A DNA stretch of 64,000 nt from Eledone cirrhosa. Taxonomy: Eukaryota. Below, in pieces: positions 39,541 to 51,195 of this stretch. The position numbers and the translations under genes are program-made. The DNA lies in assembly GCA_964016885.1 (NCBI GenBank), contig OZ024741.1, positions 143,778,001 to 143,842,000 of the forward strand, in the 5' to 3' direction. Position 1 is the first letter of the stretch. Each line of letters opens with the position of its first letter. The notes under the pieces were generated by a model. That model was not told where the DNA came from. It saw only the letters and a list, made by a program, of their open reading frames with translations, and made no database searches.

Positions 39541-41620
39541 TACAAGGGAAAAGGTAACAGGAATGATTGTGGGAACTACAGAGGTATATCATTGCTTTCT
39601 GTCGTAGGGAAAGTTTTATGTAGGGTGCTTCTGGACCGTCTGCTGACACACATTGCAGATTGTATTCTTCCTGAAAGTCAATCTGGTTTTCGTGCTGGAC
39701 GCGGCACTACTGATATGATCTTCTCAACTAGACAGCTCCAGAAGAAGTGAATGGAACAAGGTTTGGATCTGTATCAGGTTTTTGTCGATCTGACAAAAGC
39801 TTTCGATACTGTTAACAGAAATGCATTATGGAAGATTCTCCAGAATCTTGGTTGCCCTGATAAGTTCCTTGCTTTAGTTAGGTCTTTCCATGACGACATG
39901 AAGGCTTGGGTTAATGTCGGAGCCTATCTCAGTAAAAAATGGAGTGAAACAGGGGGATATTCCAGCACCGACCCTCTTTGCCATATACTTTGCAATAGTT
40001 TTCTATATTGCATTCAGGAATTGCGAGCATGGTGTTTACATCCGATATCGAACCTCAGGCAGCATATTTAACATCAGGCGCTTTGCTGCAAAGACAAAAG
40101 TATTTACATCAATCATAAGAGACCTCTTGTATGCAGATGATTGCGATCTTGTAGCGCACACAGAGAGTGATATGCAGCACATTTTGAATGCATTTTCTGA
40201 CGCTTGCACTGCCCTAGGATTGACTGTCAGTCTCAAGAAAACCGTCGTCATGTACCAACCTTCCCCTGGTAAGCAGTACAGTGAACCAAATATCTATGTG
40301 TATGGTAAACGACTTGGAGTGGTTGATCAGTTTGTCTACCTGGGAAGCACTGTCAATCGATACGGCAACCCTGATAGTGAAATCTCACTTAGGATTAGGA
40401 AAGCAAGTGATGCTTTCGGAAAGCTAGAAAGGCAACTCTGGGGTCGGCGAGACATATGCAAGAAGACAAAGGTAAAGGTGTACAGGGCATGTGTGCTCTC
40501 TTCTCTTCTTTATGCCTGCGAGACCTGGGTCACATATCGACACCACCTTAAGCAATTGGAGCGTTTCCATCAGATGTGTCTCAGACGGATCCATGGCGTT
40601 CACTGGAGGGACCACATCAGTGATATCGAGATTTTGAAAAGCTCTATGTGTGACAGTATAGAAGCTCTTGTGCTTAAGCAACGACTCCGTTGGAGTGGTC
40701 ACCTTGCCAGGATGAAGGATTCTAGAATACCAAAACAACTCTTTTGTGGAGAGTTAGTTAAAGGAAAACGACCTCCACATAAACCAAAAAAGGATTCGTT
40801 GAAAACCTCTTTGAAAGACGCTAACATTTGTGCTGATACATGGAAAAATGTTGCTGCTGATCGTAATAAATGGAGAAAGACTGTATACGAGGGGAAAGTT
40901 GCCTTTGAGGCATCTCGAATCGCATACGAGAAAGTAAAGAGGGATGTGAGGAAGGGCATTACTGTTGCATTTCCAGACAGCGAAGGTCCTCCTATGGCGC
41001 TTCTGTGCGAGACTCTGCTTCAGCAAAGCTGGACCCGAAAGTCATCTTTGCAGTTATAAAGTGAGACCAGTGGTTGGCTATCAGGCTGCTGTTGGAGATG
41101 CTACTCATCATGCCTGCCAAACATGTGGTAGAGAATGTAAATCAGCAGGAGGGCTCAAACGGCATGCAAACGTACATGAACTCCAACCACAGCCGGCTAT
41201 TCCCAGTGAATGTTTTGGTTGCCAACTCTGTGCAAGACATTTTAGATCATTGGCTGGGCTAAAAAGTCACATCCGATCGCAGCACTGTTAATTGTTATCG
41301 CGCACGCGCGCATATGTGTGTGCATTATTATTATTATTGTCGGTCGTGGATTAGCAGTATCGGTAGAGGGTCGGACGCCATGCTTTCCAGCATAGTTACG
41401 TCCCTTTACGATCTGAGTTCAAATCCCGCCGAGGTTGACTTTGCCTTTCATCCTTACGGGGTCGATAAAATAAAGTACCAGTAATGCACTGGGTAATTGC
41501 TGGCCTTGTGCCTAAAGTAGAAACAATTATTATTATTATTGTCGTTATTATGTTGTTTTTTTTTTGTTTTTTCGTGCAATGGCCATACTCGATAACGAGG
41601 GGGCAGCCATCATCATCATG
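39541..41620 (+). mobile_element. 5'-truncated RTE (BovB-like) LINE with RT and C-terminal C2H2 fingers
   Basis: [41 protein letters not shown]; CxxC..H fingers at ~41115-41285; stops and frameshifts; (CAT)n tail. Confidence 0.93.
41341..41535 (+). mobile_element. tRNA-derived SINE nested in the RTE 3' UTR
   Basis: Full family match, flanked by (TTA)n. Confidence 0.92.
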
Positions 41621-41640
41621 TATGTATGTATGTATGTATG

Positions 41641-42512
41641 TGTAGCGAAATCTGTCCGCGCCTTGAACTTTGGGTGATACCTAGAGATCAAATTTTAGGT
41701 CACCACATTTATTGTGTTAACAAGTTCATGCGTGAGCTGACCCTTCAGGTTGGGGGACAAGAAGTGACAGCTATATATAGACCATGTACAAGCCATTCCA
41801 CACAGAGACATCGAAGCGATAGGATATACAACTAAATATGTAAGGATTTTCTGCTATTAATAGACCCCCAGTGGTCTACACACAGAGATATCGAAGCACT
41901 AGGATACACAACTAATATGTAAGGATTTACTGCTACCAATAGACCACCAGTGGTCTACAGCCAGAGACATCGGAGCACCCCACTACAGAACAAGCTATGT
42001 AAAGATTCACCACTATTCAACAGACCCCATGAAGTCTACAGATACACCCAGAGCGATTGGAACCCTGCTATACAGAACACAAATGTGGAAGATTCACCGC
42101 TGTATGCAGTTTACGGTATTTCTCAGTTACTACAGACCATTCAGAGCTATACATACCATACTCTCTAACTAACACGGTCTAACAACTATTACCACGAATT
42201 CCAACAACAACAACAATTATCTGTAACTCGCTGTTTTAACACCAACAACAACAGACTTCAACAGCCTACACTTCAACAACAAAATAATATTGTCAATCTT
42301 TACAACTTATGGTAACTGTATTATTGTACTTAATTAATTCACGGGAAGTAAACCATATATATAACCAAATAATTTATTCTTATATTCTTCCTATTCTTAA
42401 TATTCTTATATTCTTTATATTCATGTTATTACATTTAACAATCTTGTTATTATCACATATCTAAATAACCACATATAATCATTCTAACTTTCCATTTATA
42501 CCTTTCGTTAAA
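41641..42512 (+). mobile_element. Probable solo LTR with internal ~80-bp tandem repeats
   Basis: Ends TGTAGCGAAA...TTTCGTTAAA (imperfect inverted termini), TATG on both sides, about 4 diverging repeats at 41800-42110. Confidence 0.65.
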
Positions 42513-42539
42513 TATGTATGTATGTTCTCTCTTTCTCTT

Positions 42540-43175
42540 AATTTTAAGTTTATTTTTACCGGCCAGCTTCCTGGTGGCAAGGATGTAAAGAAAGGAAATT
42601 ATTGTCCTCTCGTGTGTAAGCATTCGTCCTTTGAATCATTAGAGCGTTTTACAAATTTTGAAGGTTCCAGATATCGCGGCCGTTTGAAGCTTATGAATTA
42701 AGGAGCGATGTTCTTTCTCCACAAATCTTTGGTCCAGGCGGGTTGGGTTATAACTTGTAGCTCCAATAATTGTTTCTACGTTTGGCACAAGGCCAGCAAT
42801 TACCCAGAGCATTACTGGTACTTTATTTTATCGACCCCGTAAGGATGAAAGGCAAAGTTAACCTCGGCGGGATTTGAACTCAGATCATAAACGGCCGTAA
42901 CTCTTTGCTGCAAAGCATGGCGTCCGACCCTCTACCGATACTGCCAAACCACCGCCCACTTGTAGCTCCAATAATGACTACTAAGAAGCTGAACGTGTAT
43001 ATTTGGATAGTGGATCTGCAAACTCCTCAGCAATTGTCCGTTGATATCCTCCTTGTACTGCATTTTTTTAACCACATTGATATCAAGTGGGCTGCTGACT
43101 TCTTCAACAGAGTATGTTTTTAATGTGTGATCCCAAACAACAATGCCAGGCCAGTTGTGCTTTAATTTGGTAACA
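42540..43175 (-). mobile_element. 3' fragment of an RLE-encoding LINE (R4/Dong-like)
   Basis: HNWPGIVVWD..K...EEVSSPLDINV..K resembles a decayed HNRPD..IEV.CP.D restriction-like endonuclease; abuts (CAA)n. Confidence 0.65.
42771..42957 (-). mobile_element. tRNA-derived SINE with 18-bp TSD
   Basis: ACTTGTAGCTCCAATAAT at 42753-42770 and 42958-42975. Confidence 0.95.
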
Positions 43176-44234
43176 ACAACAATAGCATGATAAACTACAA
43201 TAACATCAACTACAACTACCAAAGCAACAACATCATTAACAACATCAGCAACAGCTACAACAACCACAACAATAACAACTAGAACAACGTCAACAACAAC
43301 AACAGCAAATGCAAATGCAGTTAGTAACAACATCAACGACTACAGCATGAACAACTATAATGTTATCAACTACAACTACCGAAACAACAACAACAACAAT
43401 CTTGTTAAAGTAAACTGTTAAAGAACAGGCTCACTCGCGCATCTACTCCCATATTTAATTAATTTTAATTAATTAATTAATTAAAATATTCAGAGTTATC
43501 TCCCCTACCTTCTTACCCGAAAATAATTTTCATCACTGAGGCAGTAATTTTTTAATTAACTTTGTTGGACCTCTACCGGTTCCAACGATGAGTATTCACG
43601 TTATTTGATCACGGAACTGCAACCTCGTGAAATTTACGTGTAATGAGCATTCCGTAGGCACATGCACCTTCAACGTAATTCACAGGGAGATTCAGCATGA
43701 CACAGTATGTGTGTGACACGGCTGGCCTTTTTAATTACATTTGCAACTAACTTTTTACCATCTGAATGTACTGGAGCAACGTGAAATAAAGTGTCTTGCT
43801 TAAGGATACAACACGCTGCAGTAAATCGAACTTGACCTTAAGGTCGTGATGCGAACACCCTAATAACCCATTCATATTTTTTGATTTAGCACAAATATAC
43901 TGTCCTTAGATGAAGGCAATACGGAATAAGAAATGGACCTCCATCAGTTACGACGACGGGTGTTCCAGTCGATACTATCAACGGAACAGCCCATTCACGA
44001 AATTAACGTGTAAATGGCTGAGCATTCTACAGACACGCGAACGCTTAACATAATTCTCAGGAAGATTCAGCATGACATTGTGATTGACAAAGCTAGAATT
44101 CCAAACAGTTTCCATCTACCCAACTTCACTCACATGACATAGGTCGATACGAGGCTATAATAAATGGCATTTGTCCAAATACCAAGCAGTGGGATGGAAT
44201 CCGTAACCTACTGATTACGAAACGAAAATCTTAA

Positions 44235-44816
44235 CAGGGGCGGTGGAAGCATTTCAGAATTGTCAGTGGTTGGGTGAGGCAAATTTGGTCAATTTAGTTG
44301 TAGTGATTAGTTTAGCTGTTATCAAATATCAACCAAGATATTATAAATAATTCGATATGCGATAAACATAACATGTGCATAAATTGTAGCGCATATACAA
44401 TAGAAGTATGTTTGGTATTTTGGGGAGAAAAATAAAATATAATCGGGGGGGGGGGGGGGGGACATTTTCAGAAAATGCAATCTGAGTCCAAGCAAGCCAT
44501 ATTACATTTACAGCTTTCAATAATTATAAATTGATTATAGCCAAATGATCTATGAAATCTTTCACTGAATACACATAGTAGCGATTGGTAAATATGTGAA
44601 GAAAAGGTTATGACATAAAAAAATTTACTTGGAAAGTTAACATAATATATTATGAAATATCAACCAAGATACAAAACTTCGAAATGCGATAAACATAACA
44701 TTTAGATAAATTGTAGTGCATACACAAATAGATGTGTGTTTTGGTAGTTTGAGGAAAAAATATAATTATGGGGTGGGGTGTGGGGGGTGGGGGGGATCCC
44801 CTCCCCGTTTCACCAC

Positions 44817-44820
<4 letters not shown>
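44235..44820. mobile_element. MITE with imperfect TIRs
   Basis: CAGGGGCGGTGGAAGC ... GTTTCACCACCCCT; internal duplication; partial copy at 55437-55640. Confidence 0.55.
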
Positions 44821-44873
<53 letters not shown>

Positions 44874-44882
44874 AACAAACAT

Positions 44883-44919
<37 letters not shown>

Positions 44920-45232
44920 ATATATATAAACATACATAAGTATGTATGTATATAAATATATGTGTGTTTGTGCGTGTAATGTGAATATGAAGTAAGTTTT
45001 TAAAAGAAAACATGAATCCTTGAAAACTCCCAGATAAATGATGAATATATCTAAAAAGTACACACCCTTTTTTTCCTCTTTCTCTCTCTGTGTCTGTGTG
45101 TAAAATGGTATTTAGTTCAAGAGATTGTTGGACAAGTCAACTGTAACAAACTCTCAGCTAATGACAGCCAATATCCGTCTTCATACCAATGTATATAATG
45201 AATAAACAGTATATATTACATAGTATATAAAA

Positions 45233-45417
45233 GGGCGGTGGATTGGCAGTATCGGTGGAGGGGCGGACGCCAAGCTTTCAAGCATAGTTACGTCCCTTTA
45301 CGATCTGAGTTCAAATCCCGCCGAGGTTAACTTTGCCTTTCATCCTTACGGGGTCGATAAAATAAAGTACCAGTAATGCACTGGGTAATTGCTGGCCTTG
45401 TGCCTAAAGTAGAAGCA
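45233..45417 (+). mobile_element. tRNA-derived SINE with 22-bp TSD
   Basis: AGTATATATTACATAGTATATA at 45208-45229 and 45418-45439. Confidence 0.95.
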
Positions 45418-45693
45418 AGTATATATTACATAGTATATAGTCAGTAGTTCATTGTAATCTACTGAAGTGTTTCTGAGAATGACTATACACACACACGTAC
45501 ATATATGTATATATATATAACTGCTTGTGAGTGTATACGTGAATATGTGTGGGTGGCTATACGTCTGCGAATTGTCACATCTGGTTGTATATGATGTTCG
45601 GTTGGTTGATGTGTTTATGTTCATTTTATAGATCTCTGATGGATGTGTGTGTGTGCGTGTATATATGTGTATGTATATAAATATATATATGTA

Positions 45694-45728
<35 letters not shown>

Positions 45729-45822
45729 TTCACACACATATATATATATATATTTATATATGTATATATATATGTGTGTGTGTGGGTGTGTATATAATCC
45801 TTATCGAGCCCTCTTCGGATTT

Positions 45823-45854
<32 letters not shown>

Positions 45855-45963
45855 TACACACATTACACACACACACACACTCACACATATATATATATTT
45901 ATATATATATGTGTGTGTGTATAATCCTTATCGAGCCCTCTTCGGATTTCTCATTTATTATGA

Positions 45964-45997
<34 letters not shown>

Positions 45998-46849
45998 CAC
46001 ACATACACACACACATACATACACATACATGTAGATATAATTTTACTCCCGCTCTGCATGATATATATACAAACGCTTGAGGGTGTATATAGTCATACTT
46101 ACTTCTAAACAGGCCAATGTGAATTAGTCCACATTTTCTCAGAACAGAGCAGATGACGTTCCCAACTCTACAGCAATATTCATGCATTATAAATAATGTA
46201 GATATAGATATAGATAATTAATATAAAAGATGTCCGTCAATGTAAAAAAGATCCCTATTTACTCCCTTCACAACTCTGTGTATGTTAGACTGACAGACAG
46301 GCACACAGACAGATAAACTGCGTGGCGATTGTGGGATGCCGCACGTACACACACATACACACATGGAAACGCGCACACGCACGCAAACACTCACACATGT
46401 TGATAGTTTTTACTTTCTGTGGAACGCTGCACGCACGCGCACACACATAAACATACGCGCACGTACATACACACGCACACATGTTAATAGTTATTGCTTT
46501 CCTTCCCTTCTTATTTCCACACACATCACACACACACATGTCTCTACACTGACACATATACATAGTCTTCACTTTGCCTCCCCCCTCTCACTCCCTCATT
46601 GGCATTATGCATATTAATTTAAGTTTGGGGTCGTTGAGGTGGGCGGAGTCGTTTGAAACTTATGAACCAATGATAATCGAGAATTATGACACACGGAATA
46701 ATGACATTGTTGAAATTAATATATAGATTATATATGTATACATATATATATATATATACATGTATATATATATACATATATATAATAAACGACATAGTGA
46801 AGGTGTGTGCGTATATTGATAGTTTACTAATCGATTCCTGTGTATTATA

Positions 46850-47263
46850 TACTAGACCTGAAAAATGCACAAGTTCAAAAGTGTGGGACTAGAGTTGTTG
46901 CTCAAAAATATTGTAATCATTATCTATCGTACACTCTGTGGCATCCTTTTATATAAAAGAGACTCATAACGAACTCAAGACGACACAATAATTATTTAAG
47001 CTAATGTTCAATATCTCATATTAGATGTTTAGTAATGATTAATACGAAATGCACTTAAACGGAATTCTATATTATAAATTCACTTAAATAATTATCGTGT
47101 CGTCTTGAGTTCGTTATGGTCTCTTTTTTATAAAAGGATGCCACAGAGTGTACGATAGATAATGATTACAATATTTTTGAGCAACAACTCTAGTTTCACA
47201 CTTTTGAAGTTTTTTTATAACATTCTGTGTCTCTTTTGAGCTTGCGCATTTTTCAGGTCTAGT
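46850..47263. repeat. Foldback with ~160-bp arms
   Basis: 46850-47010 is inverted at 47082-47263. Confidence 0.9.
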
Positions 47264-47715
47264 TTAATATTTTTTTTAAGGCAACGCTTGTAATAACTCT
47301 AGTTAAACATGATATATATTAATAATAAATTATCGTTGTAATGTAATTAGATTATATAATTGTTATTTTATAAATGATCTTATAAATATTATTGTAAGAT
47401 GTCTAAAAATATTTTCAGACTTTTAATACAAATAACTACAAAAAACAATCAATATTAAATAAATATATTTTACATAATAATTGTTATAGTTGAATTAATA
47501 AAAATTAAATATTACATACAAATAGTCTAACATAATAATAAAAAAATAATCTAACATAATAATAATAAAATAATCTAACATAAAACGAACAATAATATGG
47601 ACAAATATACAAGTAAATATGATACAACCAATATTATAAGCATGTTATAACGAACTGAAAAAAAAAAATAGTTAATATAAATTTAAAAAATCATATATAA
47701 ATTAATATAACTTAC

Positions 47716-47855
47716 CAAAACGAGAAAAATATTTTGATGATAAACGATAAAATACAAGAGGAAGATTTGAAAGCGAAACGATAAATAAACGTGCAAACAA
47801 AGTGGCGGATGCTTTTGAGCAATAATTACTCTCATTGGTTGATTAGCCAATAAGA
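47716..47855 (-). promoter_or_regulatory. Candidate promoter and non-coding first exon of the OXNAD1-like gene
   Basis: Non-repetitive island with a strong G|GTAAGT donor at 47715 and two opposed CCAAT boxes (ATTGG ~47834, CCAAT ~47847) upstream on the minus strand. No transcript evidence. Confidence 0.3.
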
Positions 47856-48039
47856 CGATACATTACAAAAGATGTTTGGCAGGGATCACCACGGCCAGCG
47901 AAAACCTTTGACTATTTTATTCACAAGCTACGCATATATGTCAGACATGCAGACTTAAAACGTTCTGTTGTTAGTCACTGCGTGTCTAACAGATAGATAT
48001 GTTCGCCTGTTTCATAGTGTTGATATATATATATTAATA

Positions 48040-48665
48040 CAGTAATCCCCCCCCCCCCCCCCCGCCCCCACTATATCGCAGTTCACTTTTCGCTGTCCCG
48101 CTACATCGCGGATTTTTTTTTGGAATGTATCTAATTTCCTATCGCGGTAATCCTCGCTACATTGCTGATTAGAACATATTTATTTTCTTATCACGGTACG
48201 TACGTCTGAATAAAAAGTGTTTAAAATGTTAAACTTATTAAATAAGTTTCAATGTGATTTAAAGTGTATAGCGTAAGGAAGGCGTCTTTAGGCTTTAACT
48301 ATAAAAAAAATGTTTTTATTTTTCATTCCATTACTGTTTTATTGATTGTGTTTTTCTTTAATTTACTACAAACCCTTCATAGATTGACGGGAGGTGTGCA
48401 GTGCATTACCATGTGGCTACCGTGACTGGCAATGGTCGTCATTGGTAACTAGTGGTACGATCGTTGGTGGTAGTTTCTATATGATTGTTACTGGCTGTTT
48501 TTGGTGTTAAATACAAAAGTGTGTTTTAATGTGTTTATATGTGCTTAACGCGTGTAGGAGAGGTATTTTAAGGCTTAAACTATGAAAACGATGGTTGTCT
48601 ATATGGTCTCTCAATATCGCGGTTGGCTCTGGAACGTATCCCCCGCAATAAACGGGGGAATACTG
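48040..48665. mobile_element. Tigger/pogo-like MITE
   Basis: TA|CAGTAATCCCCC ... GGGGGAATACTG|TA. Confidence 0.8.
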
Positions 48666-50645
48666 TATATATAAACACATGCGGGAGAAAATGCATGTCA
48701 GTATAAGTGGATACACACACAAGTATAATTAGGTTGTACTACATACTACCTTTAAGAAAGAAAACATTATGTTGGTCCGTGAAGCATACATATACACCAG
48801 GTCCGAACACAAAAGAATCAAACTCCCACTGTCATTGCCTCTGTCTCACCCACCCTCCCCATCTCTCACTATCATGAGCAAATAGGGCCCATGCGCTGGC
48901 CGCTCCGCGGCCCCGGCAGACAGAATAAAGAAAGCGTTTCACCGGAGGATGGTGAGGGAAATGCGCTGAAAGAGCCATTCTAGCTCGCGAAGCTCACACA
49001 TGCGGGTAGCCAACTCTGTGCCGATGGTGGTATATAATTATAAATATATATAAAATTGTATATACAGATATTTATATATTTAAATCTATATCTTTATAAA
49101 AAGGAAGTTTGTTTGTACATTGACCCCTAATAACACTAAATAAAATTGAAAATAATTAAGGTTTTTTCGTGTTTTCAACTAATCTGACCTCCATCAAGCT
49201 CACTGGGGACTCACTGGCCGAATGGTTAAAGAGTTCATTTCGTAATCACAGACCTGCCAGCCTCTAAAAACTCAAACATGGAGTACCGTGAAAAAAGTGC
49301 ACCCAAAACGGTAGAAATGAGCCAAAACGGGGAAATTTTATATAATGAAAGCTATACCCATTTTGACAAGAGAAGACATCTCTCATCCACCCCAAAGTGG
49401 ATGGAAGATGTCTCCGTCGGACTGAGAGAGTTGACAGGTCAGTAATCAGTATGTCCCAAGTTCAATCTCACTGCGTGGCATTTTGAACAAATGTTATTTA
49501 CCATAGCCTCGGGTCGACACATATCATGTGAGTGAATTTAGGTAGACGGAAATTATTTAGAAGCCTGTTGAATTGACTGTATCTGTAATGTCAAACACTG
49601 TCTGGCACTGAATCTCCCTGGAAATTACTTTATGGGTACATGTGTCTATGGAATACTCATCCAGTTGCACCTTGATTTCACGAGTAGGTTGTTCAATTGT
49701 TCGAACAACTGGAAAACTCATCGTCGGAACCGACGGAGTTCTATTCCATTTAATTCCACTTTTATGTCACACTATAAACTACTTAAAGGCGGCGAATTGG
49801 CAGAGTCGTTAGAATGTCGGAAAGAATTCCTTGGGGTATTCGTTCCGGTTCTCTGCACTCTGGGTTCAAATCGCGCTGAGGTTAACTTTGCCTTTCATAC
49901 TTTTGAAGTCCATAAAGTAAAAGTACCAGTCCAGTATTGATATTGATATGTCCAGGTTGATATTTCCTCTCTCCCTTTTTTCTTTTCTCTCTCTCTCTCT
50001 CTCTCTCTCCAGTGCCCCTACGACACCATCAGGAGTTACGGGTCCATACATACATACATCCAAATGGGACCATGTGTCGCTCTCCTATTACTGTGGATTT
50101 ATAACAGTAGTTCTAGATAAAGCGTACTACATTACTCTGAGTCTATTTAAGACAATGGAATGTGATTTGGTAGCTGTTTCTAACAGGCTTAATGACCATG
50201 TAGACCAGTGGTTCTCAACCTTTTTTTACCCATGGACCACTTTTACTCTTAATTTTTTTTTTTTTTTTTAGTGGACCCTCAATAACCATTCAATGAACAA
50301 AAAAATTTATTTCATTTATTATTTTATGTATAGATAAGTTCACACTATTGATATTTAAGACATTTTAATGTCTATATTTATTTATGGAATATATCATGTA
50401 AATACAGTACAATAGAAAAAGAAATAAAGAAAATTTAGATTGAGAAGAAAGAACGGAATGTAAAATAAGAAAATATTTTTAAAAAACGGAAAAGGGAGGG
50501 AATGGCAACAACTCTTGTGTCACAGAAGAATGTGGAGGGTGAGGGTGATTGGGTTCTGGACCTAGGGCGCGGCGGTAATAGGGCTGCGCCCCGTAGACAA
50601 GACCGCAAATGGATATGCTTTATTTTGAAGTAAAACTAATTTAAT

Positions 50646-50820
50646 TGTTTCTACTTTTGGCACAAGGTCAGCAATTATCCCAGTGCATTACTGGTGCTTT
50701 ATTTATCGACCCTGTAAGGATGAAAGGCAAAGTTAACTTCGACGGGATTTGAACTCAGACCGTAAAAGGCCGTAACTCTATGCTGCAAAGCATAATGTCC
50801 GACCCTCTACCGATACTGCC
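50646..50820 (-). mobile_element. tRNA-derived SINE with 13-bp TSD
   Basis: AAACTAATTTAAT on both sides. Confidence 0.92.
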
Positions 50821-51195
50821 AAACTAATTTAATGATTATAAACTTGTATTTAAAGACTAAATTTTATGGAACATTTATGCACATAGTAAAATAATTCATA
50901 ATAAACCATTTTAGATATCTGAGATAAATTTATCTACATTGTAGAGAAATTCACTTTCAAATAAAAATAACATGTATAAACATGAACCAACAAAGGCTAA
51001 GACAAGTACAAGTAAACTACTTGCCAAACCTGATTGACCAACCGTCTGTATACACGTGAACTGAAGCATTGAAAACTAATACTACTGACAAGCCTCTTTT
51101 TCACTATAATCTTGTTTTATTTATTTTTTAGATTCACACAGTATTTTATTTTACAAGGGTCACCCTCCATTACCCTATATACTGTATATGTTTTT

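Noticed and set aside
46855-46900. Hammerhead in the 46850 foldback (CTGAAAA...GAAACTAGAG)
   Set aside because: Core mismatch and weak stems; at most a decayed relic.
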